Shown piece by piece: positions 53,013 to 64,000 of a DNA stretch of 64,000 nucleotides (its first letter is position 1; every line of letters begins with the position of its first letter). The position numbers were made by a program, and so were the translations under genes. Origin of the DNA: Eledone cirrhosa (Eukaryota); NCBI GenBank assembly GCA_964016885.1, contig OZ024745.1:111538001-111602000 (forward strand). Reading direction: 5' to 3'. The notes under the pieces are model-generated. The model was not told the DNA's origin and searched no databases. It worked only from the letters and a program-made list of their open reading frames with translations.

Positions 53013-53368
53013 CGTCATTCACCCATCTTCTAGTGTTTAACTATATTATATAAACAAATATTACTGGTAATAAAAATGTTTGAAAACAGTTAATATAGTA
53101 ATAGAAGTATGTGTCACCTTTTGCAAGAGAATAAATGAATATGACATGTTTAGAAAATTTCTGAAAGCTTACCAGTAAACCAGCAGAAAGACTAAATTGT
53201 TTAGTTCTTATGATTATAATTCTTCAGACTATTAGATGTTTGGCTCTTGTTATAATTGGCACTTACAAAATATAATCAAGTTTGAGCTCACAGTCGAAAC
53301 AATTAATGGATGAAAACCACTTTATTTTTAAATATAAACAATATCTACCAAGACTGTAAAAAACACAA

Positions 53369-53379
53369 ATAGTATAAAC

Positions 53380-53415
<36 letters not shown>

Positions 53416-53642
53416 GTTTATACTATGTGTCTACGATTTAACAAGCAGCCAAAATTCTGCTTTCTTCAACCGACGCAATTGATAAACTCAAGATTCTATA
53501 ATGCATGCACTGCATGCGTTGCATGCACGCACCCTTCGCCCCTGATGTATATATATAGCATGCGTTATAGAATCTTGAGTTGATCAATTGTGTCGGTTGA
53601 AGAAAGCAGAATTTTGGCTGCTTACTAAATCGTAGACACATA
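53369..53642. repeat. Double fold-back: palindrome around (TA)n plus an 85-bp inverted repeat
   Basis: 53369-53382 pairs with 53413-53426; 53424-53508 pairs with 53558-53642. Confidence 0.9.
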
Positions 53643-53670
53643 AAAAGATAACACACACACACACACACAA

Positions 53671-53815
53671 ACTAGATAACACTACATGCGGCTTTGCCCG
53701 GGAGGGTCATTTAGAGAGAATGAGGGGGGGGGGGGGGGTAAGGCTGCACAGCCCCACTTTCCGCCATGGCAATTGGACTGCATGCCTTGTTTTCCAGGTT
53801 ACTCTTCGCCACTGA
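53671..53815 (-). mobile_element. Possible Helitron 3' end
   Basis: Minus strand CCCGGGCAAAGCCGCATG..ATCTAGT (degenerate hairpin plus CTAG). Confidence 0.35.
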
Positions 53816-53820
53816 TATAC

Positions 53821-53853
<33 letters not shown>

Positions 53854-53901
53854 TACATATATATATGTATATATTGTGTATATATATATATATGTATATA
53901 T

Positions 53902-53997
<96 letters not shown>

Positions 53998-54164
53998 TGT
54001 GTATATGTGGTTGGTGTTAGGAAGGGCATCCAACTGTAGAAAACCTGCCAGACAGTCCTATGCGAGCAAGACAATCACTCTTGCCTCAAGTGGGAAAACC
54101 CCCGTCCAAACCCATGCAAGCGTGGAATCACGGACGTTAAACGATGACGATGATGATGATGATA

Positions 54165-54229
<65 letters not shown>

Positions 54230-55224
54230 ATATTGTGTATATATATATATATATATATATAAAACCATCATCAACACCATTTTAGGTCTGGGCTTCTATG
54301 CTGGCATTGTGAGACTAGATAGGTCAGATGACATCTTGTTCACACATTCCAGTTTAACATATATATATATTCTTTAGGTTACAAATGAATTATCAGAATA
54401 AATGTAAAATATACCATACTAAAATAAATGGTTTAACTATTTTCTAATCTATCATTTCCATTACATCCTTTGGAAAAATACTGAGATGTTCAGGTAAACA
54501 ATAAAATTTACTAGCTCAAAGATGTCTATGTTATCTTTCAAAATTTTCAGAACGATCTTATTTTTATTCATTCTCCCTGTTACAGTGTGTATGTTTTTGA
54601 TGGTCTTCAATCTACTTCATCACTGAACAATCTCTGTTTAGAGCCAATGATGAAGCCTTTGACTTGTCATTTGACCCGCCTGAAATAGCAATCAAAGCTC
54701 CCTCAAATCAAACCTACTGTCTTAAACAAGAAAGTCCATAGTTGATTAGTCCTAGTCCAATCATCCTTCAACTGCAGTAACATACTATCACAATGCTGTT
54801 CCACCTATTGCAGGTTTCATAATCAATTGTGGTCCCATCAGTGGGATTTTAATCCCTTGACAGGATTTGAACTCTGCTGGAACAGATACTGCAAGGCATT
54901 TTGTTTAACTCTCTAACAATTATGATAACTTACTAACATGGATGGGTACCTTGGTTTATCAACCCCACAAGAATGACAGACAAAGTTAGTTTCAGTGGCT
55001 ATTTGAATTCAGAGAGCAGAGAACTAGAACAAATACCATGAAATAATCCAATCAATGTTCAAACAACTCTGCCAGCTCACCACCTTAGATACCTCTACAA
55101 AGATGGCTAATCATGACTGGAATGTTTTTGCTTACAGATTTGCTTAATGAAGGTTGACGAAGCAACGAAAACAACCTCTGTATAGATTCCCTTCAACTAT
55201 TCTTTCTCTGCTCTTCTATGAAAC

Positions 55225-55625
55225 ATGAAGTGTGAAGACCAGCCAAGAGAACCAATTAGATGCTTTCAACACCAAATGCCTACAATAAATCCTTGGCATC
55301 AGGTGGGATGACTATCACCAACAAATAAGTCCATCAACGAACCTACCAACAATATGTGTCTAACATCATGTGCAAGCATAGACTTGGTTGGTTGGGACAT
55401 ATCACAAGAGGGAGACATGCTAATCAGGTCCTGAATTGGTACCCTAATGGAAAGAGGCAAAGTGGATGTTCCAAGATCAACTGGCAGCAGACAATAAACA
55501 GAGGCCTGAAACCCATCAACAAATGCTGGAACAATGTATTGATAGATGTATCTGACTGTGGTCATTGGAGCACTTTAGCTGCCTCATGTGTCTCAAGAGA
55601 TGGAGCTTCTAAGTCTATGTCTAAT
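55225..55625 (+). pseudogene. RTE LINE C-terminal fragment
   Basis: QLDAFNTKCLQ*ILGIRW...RLGWLGHITR...VLNWYPNGKRQSG. Confidence 0.8.
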
Positions 55626-57521
55626 TCTTTCTATCACCCATCTCATAAAAACATATGCACTCTCCCACAATCTACACTAATAAACAGCTGAGGCTCCAGT
55701 AATTTTAGTCATGTACATTATTGGATGGGGTGATACTTTTAATAACTACATGCCCATCCTATTGCCAACCACTCAACTATTCTGCCTATACAGAGTCTGC
55801 CCATAAAATGTAAACACAATTCAGGAAAAGAAAAATTTGTATAAATATTTTAATACTAATTTACTACAGAATGTCATGTTAACATAATTTGATCAGGCTT
55901 CGAAAAGAGTATTTTTATTTATAGAGGTATTTAAACAAGTTAAATATTTATACAAGTTTTTCTTTTCTGAAGTGTGTATACATTTTTTTGGAAGAGCAGA
56001 CTCTGTATTTAAGTGGACAGGATAATTAAGTTGTGTATTTTTTTACATCAAAGCAAACACGTTTCTCAATGACATAATTTATTCACTGTAAATGCTAAGC
56101 TACTGTTACCTTTTAATAAATCTCAACAAATTGCTCTCTGATAAACTGAGTTGGTAAGGCCTGTCAAAATACTTCACATGTATTATAATATAGTTTTTAA
56201 AACAACTGAGAAGAAAATAAGTTATACTGCAAAATTCATTGGCTAAAACATACATTAATGTTAAAATGAAGGGAATATGTCACAAAGGTTGAAGATATCA
56301 AAATATATATTCGCAATACAATATATCAAACCAAATATTTAAGGGATTAAATGTAGCAATGCTGGCTCAGAAGTGAAATCTATAAAAATAAGCTTTAAGA
56401 AAATTAGTAGATTTTTATCAGAGAACTCCCCCCACCACTGACCCACTGGGAATTTGGTCTTTTTTAACAATTTTCATTGTATTTTCGTTTTTATTTCACT
56501 TTATTTATTTTATAATTCCTAATTGAATTAAATCAACATCAAATCAAACCCCCCAAAAAATGAATTTGGTTTATAACTTTTTTTATTGATCTGATCCTTA
56601 GCTGCTCTGCAAGGAGATGAAACCAATTATAACCAAGAGTGTAGTCTCCTGTAATTGAATCTTAACTCTTTTCCAGAGATTTAATCAGATAAGAAGTTTC
56701 CTAAAAATTTAATGATTTTGCATGAAAAAGAAAGGAAAGAAGGCATAAAAAATTATAATTATCAACAACCTTAACAATCTAATTGGTTGTTTAAATTTGG
56801 GGCCCCTTGGATCATTGGTGAAATAAGGAAAAATCTTCGATTTTTCTGAATTCTTCAGTCACTTTAGTGTTTAGAAGATCATGATGAGTTTGAAGTAGAA
56901 TTAATTGAATCATATCATTTACAAATAAGGATTTTTTTTTTAATTATAGCTTAAAATAAAAAAAGAAATAGTTTAATAGAATAAAATTAAGATAGTTGTC
57001 ATTTTTTTTTTTTATATTGTTCCAATATTTTTTCTTACATAAAATGACATTTTATATGTAATGTCACAGAATGTTTATACAAAGTTTTGTCAAATTTTGA
57101 AGAAGAAAAGTAGAAGTTAACGTTACTGAAATAAGTATTAATCTCATAAGACACATACAGAATATCTTGGAAAAGAATCTTGCAAAGTTCTAATTAACCT
57201 AAAGTGAAGAAATGCATTTGGGAAAACACCCAGATCAATGCCTCTGACCAAGCAGAAAAACCAGAATAAAACTGTGGTCACATAAGTTACTATATCCCAA
57301 ATGTGTTGTGGCTACCACTCATGCTCAGGGCACCAGTGACCCACAAGGGAAGTAGAATAATGTTGGAGAATGAAAATTCTATTAAATGCAATCTTACACT
57401 GAATACCTTGAGAGTGTGTGATTGATTGTATATCTGTTAAGATTTGGTGTGAAAACTGTTAGGAGCAAAAAACGTACACACACAACAATAACATCAAGTT
57501 TACAGTATAATATATCAGAGA

Positions 57522-58240
57522 AGGGAGTGAATTGGCAGAGTCATTAGAACATCAAATAGAATGCTTTGCAGTATTTGTTCTGGCTCTCTATGCTCTTGAG
57601 TTTAAATCGTACCAAGGTTAAATCTGCCTTTAATCCTTTCAAGGTCGATAAAAAAAAAGTACCAGTCTAGTACTGGGGTTGATTTTTTTTCTCTATATCT
57701 CATTCTCATTTCCTCTCTATCACTCTCTCTTTTCTGGAAGAAATTGACTATGTTCAGACTTGGAGAAGAAATGGGCTCCACCAGGTTTAAAAAGTGCCCA
57801 AGAAATGCCATATATTACTATGATGCACCAATGTCTCCATCAGGAATTACAGGTTAGAAACTAGAGAAATTAGAAAGAAATAGTTTATCATTATTCCATT
57901 CTTAAGGTGATGACTTGGCAGAGTCATTAGAACATGGGATAGAGTGCTTTACGAAATTCTTCTCCAGCTCTCTGCTCTCAAAGTTCAATTCCTGCCGAGG
58001 TCAACTTTGCCTTTCATTCTTTTGAGGTCAATAAAAAAAAAGTACCAGTCTAGTACTGGGATCGATTCTTCCTCTATATCTCTTTCTCACTTCTTCTCTC
58101 ATACATTCTATCCTTCACTGAAAGAAATCTGCTGTGTTCAGACCTGTAGAAGGATGGGCTCTACTAGGCTTTAAAATGCCCACAAAATTCTGTATGCTGT
58201 TACTGTGACCCTATGACTCCATCAGGAGTTACGGGACCAT
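57522..58240 (+). repeat. Old ~383-bp tandem duplication (SINE plus downstream sequence)
   Basis: TTGGCAGAGTCATTAGAACAT and CTCCATCAGGA(A/G)TTAC occur in both units. Confidence 0.75.
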
Positions 58241-59320
58241 GCCATGCCATTCCAAGCTACTAACACTCCTGAAAAAAAAGTTGATTATAAATCGCATAGG
58301 ATTTAGTATATAGCCTTAAATTTTAATATTACACAGAGCCTCACAATAGCTTTAATAAGAAAACTGATTCTTTCAATAAATGCTAAATAAAAACAAGATC
58401 CTTCCAGAAAATATAAAATTTACAGGAGATATATAAAAATGATATAGTAGTTTAATCTTCAAAGATATATAGGGGTTAATAAACTAAAAAGTCAGATTGA
58501 GCTTGATAGCTTAAAGTTTGAATCTACTAAATATCAATTCCTACTAAGTCTTTCCTTTAACTACAGCTAGAATTCATGGGATTATAAAAAAAAAAACCTA
58601 TTTTCTGTCAGAATATAAAAATGCTGCTGGTCAGATGTGTTAACTGTTTCAGTTAAACCTACTTCTATGTAATTAGCTCCAATATCAAACAACTAATTAA
58701 TAGACAAATTCTTTCTATTTTTCAAATAATTACATTGTGGAAGAACCATTTTCACTATTAAAAACAAAAACGTTCAAAAAATGTTATATTTACTTATCAT
58801 TTATTTTGAAACTACACAAAATAAATTAAAAGTAAATATAAGTTTTTGTATATGCTTCATTTTTTTTTTTTGCAGGGGGGGGGGGGGGCGAGTTAAGAGA
58901 GGAGGTTAATATCTGAAATGGCTCTTCCATAATTGCTTCAGTTTCAGCACATTGTCTCAGATCAATTCACTTGCCAAATAAGTACAACCCCAATCTTCCC
59001 ATTTTAAGTTACAAATTACTCTTTTAATAGCCATTTATTAATTAGAGTAAAACTATCATCCCATGAGGAAGGAAAAGAAAAATGTATGATTTCAAGACCA
59101 GAAATATCTTTTCAATCAATCTTTACTTTGTTACAGCTTGTTATATTTCACTAAATAGAACTGAACCTCAGTTCTAGAAATGGAATAAATTTCTATTCCC
59201 TACTCTTAGAATCTGACAGACAGAAATAAAGAAAAAATTAATTGAAGACCTGATACAACAATCCTTTAAAGAAACTGACTTGGTAAGAAAATAAAAAAAA
59301 TCTTTTATTGGTTTCACTCA

Positions 59321-59523
59321 TTAACCCTTTAATATTATATTTTCACGGTAAAGGCTTTACCTCACATAATTATCTCACATATAAAATCTATGATATTTTG
59401 ATATTATTTATTTTGCAAACAATACCTTAACATCAGTATGAGTGGCTGGTTACAGCTGGTTTGAACAGAAAGAGGTGAGAGAATACTGGTCAGATACGGC
59501 CAGTTTAAATGTTAACGGGTTAG
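59321..59523. mobile_element. TTAA MITE family 1
   Basis: Same internal sequence as 37031. Confidence 0.75.
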
Positions 59524-59616
59524 ACAGTTACAATGTTGGGGCATCACCTTCAAGAGTGTAGCTGATTATATTGACCCCACACACGTTGTTCAACACTCAA
59601 CTACCCTAATGTCAGT

Positions 59617-60010
59617 AATGGTTTCTTAAATAGGCACAAGGCCAGTAATTTGGGGAGAGGGAGAAATCGATTAAATCGATCCCAGTACGCTACTGGTGCT
59701 TTATTTCATCGACCCCGTAAGGATGAAAGGCAAAGCTAACCTCGGTGGGATTTGAACTCAGAATGTAAAGGGTCATAACTCTAGCATACTATCTGATGCT
59801 CTGCCAATACTTCCAGTCCACCAAATAATAATAATAATGGTTTCTGATTTAGGCACAAGGCCAACAATTTGGGGAGAAGGGAGGGGAAAGTCAATTAAAT
59901 CAAACTCAGTGCATTACTGATACTTTATTTTATTGACCCCATAAAGATGAAAAGCAAAGCTAACCTTGGTGGGATTTGAACTCAGAATCTAAAGAGATGT
60001 AACTATATGC
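59617..60010 (-). mobile_element. Two tandem SINE family A copies
   Basis: Core motif at ~59693 and ~59917. Confidence 0.8.
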
Positions 60011-61197
60011 AATGAATGTTATTCAATTGACACACATCCAAATTTTACGATTAATGAAATAAGTCATCATGTGTACATTGGAAAACTATAAAAATATGCA
60101 GTGTTAAGTTAGACATGATCTGGCCTATTTCAGGCCAAAATTTATATTAATAGTATATGTTGTTGTTTAACTCCAGGTAAGATCTGACTGAGTAGATTTA
60201 TGATTGAAAGCATCCTAGCCATAACCATCATGTTCATCTACTAAGCATTAGGAGCAACATCATTTTGTAACATTTCATCTTTTTGTCACTATTGGGTAAA
60301 TAAAGTGGGGTAGGTGTTTGGGAAGATGTTGTTTTCAAGAGGGAAGAATTTAATTTTTTTTTCTTCATCTTCCTTTATCTCAAGTAGTTTTTGTTATTTG
60401 ATTCTGTATTAGTGTACCTTCTTTTCCAAAACAGTAGGGTGTAATTCAAAGGAGATTGGGTCACCATTTCTAGCAAGTCCAGTAACCACATAGAGGTCCC
60501 TCATTGGCTTGTCCTGAAGAGATTATTCAATTTTTGGAATGCTATTAATATATGTTGTATTTAACTCTTAACTTCATGTATGTACCACATGAAACTGAAT
60601 TAGCAAGACATTCTTGAAAAGTATAAAACAACACAATGACTGCATCACATTAAAAATGTAAATCTTTAATTTATTTTACTGTAAATTTTCACAAAATAAA
60701 TATCTATCCACTAGTTAAAATACTTAAATTTAAAAACATGTTTTTAGATATTTTCTGCTTAATCATTATGAAAAGAAGGCAGTACAACAACAACATAGAC
60801 GAAGGAAATTTTCTATAATAAAAGCAACAGAAATGAGAAAGAAAATTCCATAATGAAATCTAGATGCTTGCAAAAGAAGAGCAAGAGAGATCCAATCTAT
60901 TTACACCATACACTATTAACCATTCAAACATTACATTGAATCAGTTTATTTAGGTGTTAATGGTAAGACCCATAAAAACAGTATATTGAAGTAATAAACA
61001 AAACTTTGTGGCTGCTGACCTAAGACTGAAACTCAGCAGAAGATCTTTCATAAATAATTGATTCATTTTCTTAAATGTTTGAAAATTATGAACAAAAGAG
61101 AAAAGTTTTAAAAACTAACTTTTATCAGAGAGAAAGAATACCTTGTCTTGTAAACTTATCAACTAAAGCATGAAGAGAAATAAATGAAGGAGAGTAG

Positions 61198-61307
<110 letters not shown>

Positions 61308-62914
61308 AAAATATGAAGAGCAAGGATTGAGTTAGTGTTGTTGAATTATCTATCGCTGTAAAAATCAATTTATTTCTGAGAGACTATTAGTACAACTATT
61401 ACAAATATCTAATCAGTTGAACACTAATACAGAATGAAATAACAAAAGCTACTTGAGATATGGATCGACATAAAGGAAGACTGAAGAAAAAATAATTAAA
61501 TTCTTCCCTCTTGTCAAGCTCCACCTCCCCAAGCCCCTGCCTTCCTTCCCCCCTTCATACCCAATAGTGGCAAGAAGATGAAACGTTACAAAATGATGTT
61601 GACCCCATCCCAAAAGTAAAAGATAACAATAGAGATGACATACAGGGTGGTTAATGCTATTACCACCAAAATTATCATCATCATTATCCATTTCATTATT
61701 ATTATTATTAATATCATTATCCATTTCATTATTATTATTATTGTTGTTGTTATTATTATTGCTGTTATTGCTAATATTGATAAAAATACAGCATCCTCAA
61801 TGATCTCGAAACTAAATACTCCAACAAAAGATCAAAACTGCACACGCCCATTTCTCTGGCAAATGACAAAAGAATAAAGCTGCACAAATAGACATCAATG
61901 TTGCAGCTATGCAGCTATGCAGCTGTGACTCTAACCTTAATATCTCAGAAGTGAACTCATCTGAAGATCAAAAACAAGAAACACAAATTTAGAAAAATTA
62001 CTGACACTTCAAAACAAAAACTAATATAGAAGGGAGAAGATATCTGCCTGTCAATTGAACACTATCAGAATTGTTGCTTCTCAGTTAAGGAATTTGGTTT
62101 TCAATAGCAGAGGAAGCAGGTCAATCCTAGCTAGTTAGTGAAACTTCCTTCCACTGACGCAGATTCCTATAATGACAACAAGTTAAGTGAAGATCAATGG
62201 CTGTTCAATTATTTTATGTACTAATGACATGGACCTCTAGACATTGAATTGAAACCCAAGGTTGGCCTTCTCTCATGTGAAAGATTCATAAAGTTTAAAA
62301 ATAATAAATGTAACAAAAAAGTTTAGTTTCTGTTTTTTTTCTTTCTAAATTAAAAAGGAATTCTAAAATAAAATTTAAACAAACTGGCTTTTACGTAATT
62401 TAATGGTAGGATAACTACATTTTAATCAATTGTAAAAAAAAAAAAAAAAAATTAGCAAAGATGTATTAAATAATTAATTATGATATTTAAAGATGTATTT
62501 TTGTTTGTTTGTTTTTTTAAACTTGAGAAATTTAATAACACAAAAAAATAATAATAATGTATAAATTTCACTGCTGTAAGGGTACAATACACATGCAACA
62601 AGCTCGAGAACATGATTAGATTCTGTAGTACCACAAACTATTACAAAACTACACATTACATAAATCAAATAGAAACTCCATTCTCTGAAATCGTTCAGTC
62701 TAGTTCTTCAGGTTTTATCTTATTTTTGTTTTTATTGAAGATCAGGATTATCAATAAATATATATATATTTATAATATTTATTTTCAGTTTGATTAGAGT
62801 CGAGCAAGTCTGCAAAGTTTTCATCATTTATTGTTGCAAACTGGTCCATAACCTGACTGCCGTAACCAATATCACTTCTCTGCTTGATTTTCCTTATCTA
62901 TCTATATATATATA

Positions 62915-62993
62915 CAGGGTGTCCCCAAAAAATGTACACACACTTCAACAGCATTTTAATCAAAGTGTGTATACATTTTTGGGGGACACCCTG
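62915..62993. mobile_element. 79-bp mariner-type MITE
   Basis: ~31-bp TIRs CAGGGTGTCCCCAAAAAATGTACACACACTT / AAGTGTGTATACATTTTTGGGGGACACCCTG, TA on both sides. Confidence 0.88.
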
Positions 62994-62995
62994 TA

Positions 62996-64000
62996 TCATC
63001 ATCATCATCATCATCACCGTTTTACGTCCGTTCTTCCACGCTAGCATGGGTTAGACGGGTTGTCCTGTTGTGGGCAGTGTCTGGTCGGCTGACCATGCCT
63101 TGCTCATACAGGAACTGATCTGGCTTGATTTCTACAGCTGGATGCCCTTCCTAACACCAACCTCATTTACAGTGAGTGCTGGGTGCTTTTTCGTGGCGCC
63201 TACACGTCCACTTTACAGTGTGGGCTGGGTGCTTTTTTGCCGTGGCACCTCCACGACCACCTTGCGGTGGGGGGGGGGCATATTGTTTATATGCTTCAGC
63301 ATGTACCCATGGGAGGTCGGGTACCCTGTATTACTGCGTGACGCCAGAAGTCACGGTCGTGTGTCATTGACTTTGAGAGGTGTAGTTGGGTAAGGTCGGC
63401 TTTTATCACCTCATCCCAAGTCATCTTGGGTCTCCCCACTCCGCGGTTTCCATCAACTTCTAGTGCTCTGCACCTTTTTATGCAGCTGTCATCCTTCATA
63501 CGCATCACATGTCCATACCAGCGTAACCGCCTCTCCTGCACGCAGCATTTGATTCCTCTTATGCTCAGTCTCTCTCTCAATTCCTTTATGCTTTGTCGTT
63601 CACGTATATTACTGTTACACATCCATCGGAGCATGCAGGCTTCGTTTCTCTCTAATCTACGTAAGTCTTCCACCTTCAGCGCCCAGGTCTCACTACCATG
63701 CAACATCGCTGTTCGGATACACGCATCATACAGTCTGCCTTTCATTCTGAGGGAGAAGCCTTTTGCAGCTGGCAGTGGTAGTAGTTCCCTAAACTTCTTC
63801 CATCCCGTTCTTACCCTAGTTATTGTACTTTCTGAGCACCCACCTCCGTTGCTAATTCGGTCACCTAGGTAGCAGAAGCTGTCTACTGTTTCTACAGGGC
63901 CCTCCCAGAGATTGGTGGTCCTTGTTTCCTGTGGCTGTTTGCTTGCTGTTTCAGCACAGCTGCTGCATGTGAATCCTACATTCTTAATTAAGCTTCCTGA
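62996..64000 (-). mobile_element. RTE-clade LINE, 3' portion (continues beyond the window) with putative 3'UTR and (GAT)n tail
   Basis: Open RT C-terminal frame, then ~300 bp ending GGACGTAAAACGGTGATGATG. Confidence 0.92.
63296..64000 (-). CDS. RTE LINE ORF (reverse transcriptase C-terminal part), partial
   Basis: No stop over 235 codons: ...GFTCSSC...VETVDSFCYLGDRISNGGGC...RVRTGWKKFRELLP...MLHGSETW...RRLRWYGHVMRM...RGVGRPKMTWDEVI. Confidence 0.88.
   Translation of the reverse strand, partial: SGSLIKNVGFTCSSCAETASKQPQETRTTNLWEGPVETVDSFCYLGDRISNGGGCSESTITRVRTGWKKFRELLPLPAAKGFSLRMKGRLYDACIRTAMLHGSETWALKVEDLRRLERNEACMLRWMCNSNIRERQSIKELRERLSIRGIKCCVQERRLRWYGHVMRMKDDSCIKRCRALEVDGNRGVGRPKMTWDEVIKADLTQLHLSKSMTHDRDFWRHAVIQGTRPPMGTC

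Overview
This is AT-rich eukaryotic DNA saturated with repeats. The SINE families and microsatellite load resemble those I recall from octopus/cephalopod genomes (recognition from memory, no search run). No host protein-coding gene can be called with confidence, and almost all ORFs in the supplied track are translations of microsatellites. The window is probably intronic or intergenic. It contains tRNA-derived SINEs (CORE-type and a second family forming head-to-tail arrays) and RTE-clade LINE fragments, one with an uninterrupted 235-codon frame running off the right edge. CR1-, Ingi/Vingi- and CRE-like 3' fragments, an internally deleted DD37D (maT) Tc1/mariner transposon, Helitron remnants and several MITE families (TTAA-, TA- and hAT-type) are also present. 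Tandem repeats include 23-bp and 47-bp minisatellites and two long (GGT/GAT)-rich tracts. The most interesting signals are hammerhead-ribozyme motifs read directly from the sequence. Two carry a compensatory U3-A8 core, and one of these sits in a non-coding ~785-bp element with a perfect 66-bp terminal redundancy (retrozyme- or Penelope-like). Also notable are a LINE-SINE shared 3' tail that seeds 47-bp minisatellites and several fold-back palindromes centred on microsatellites.
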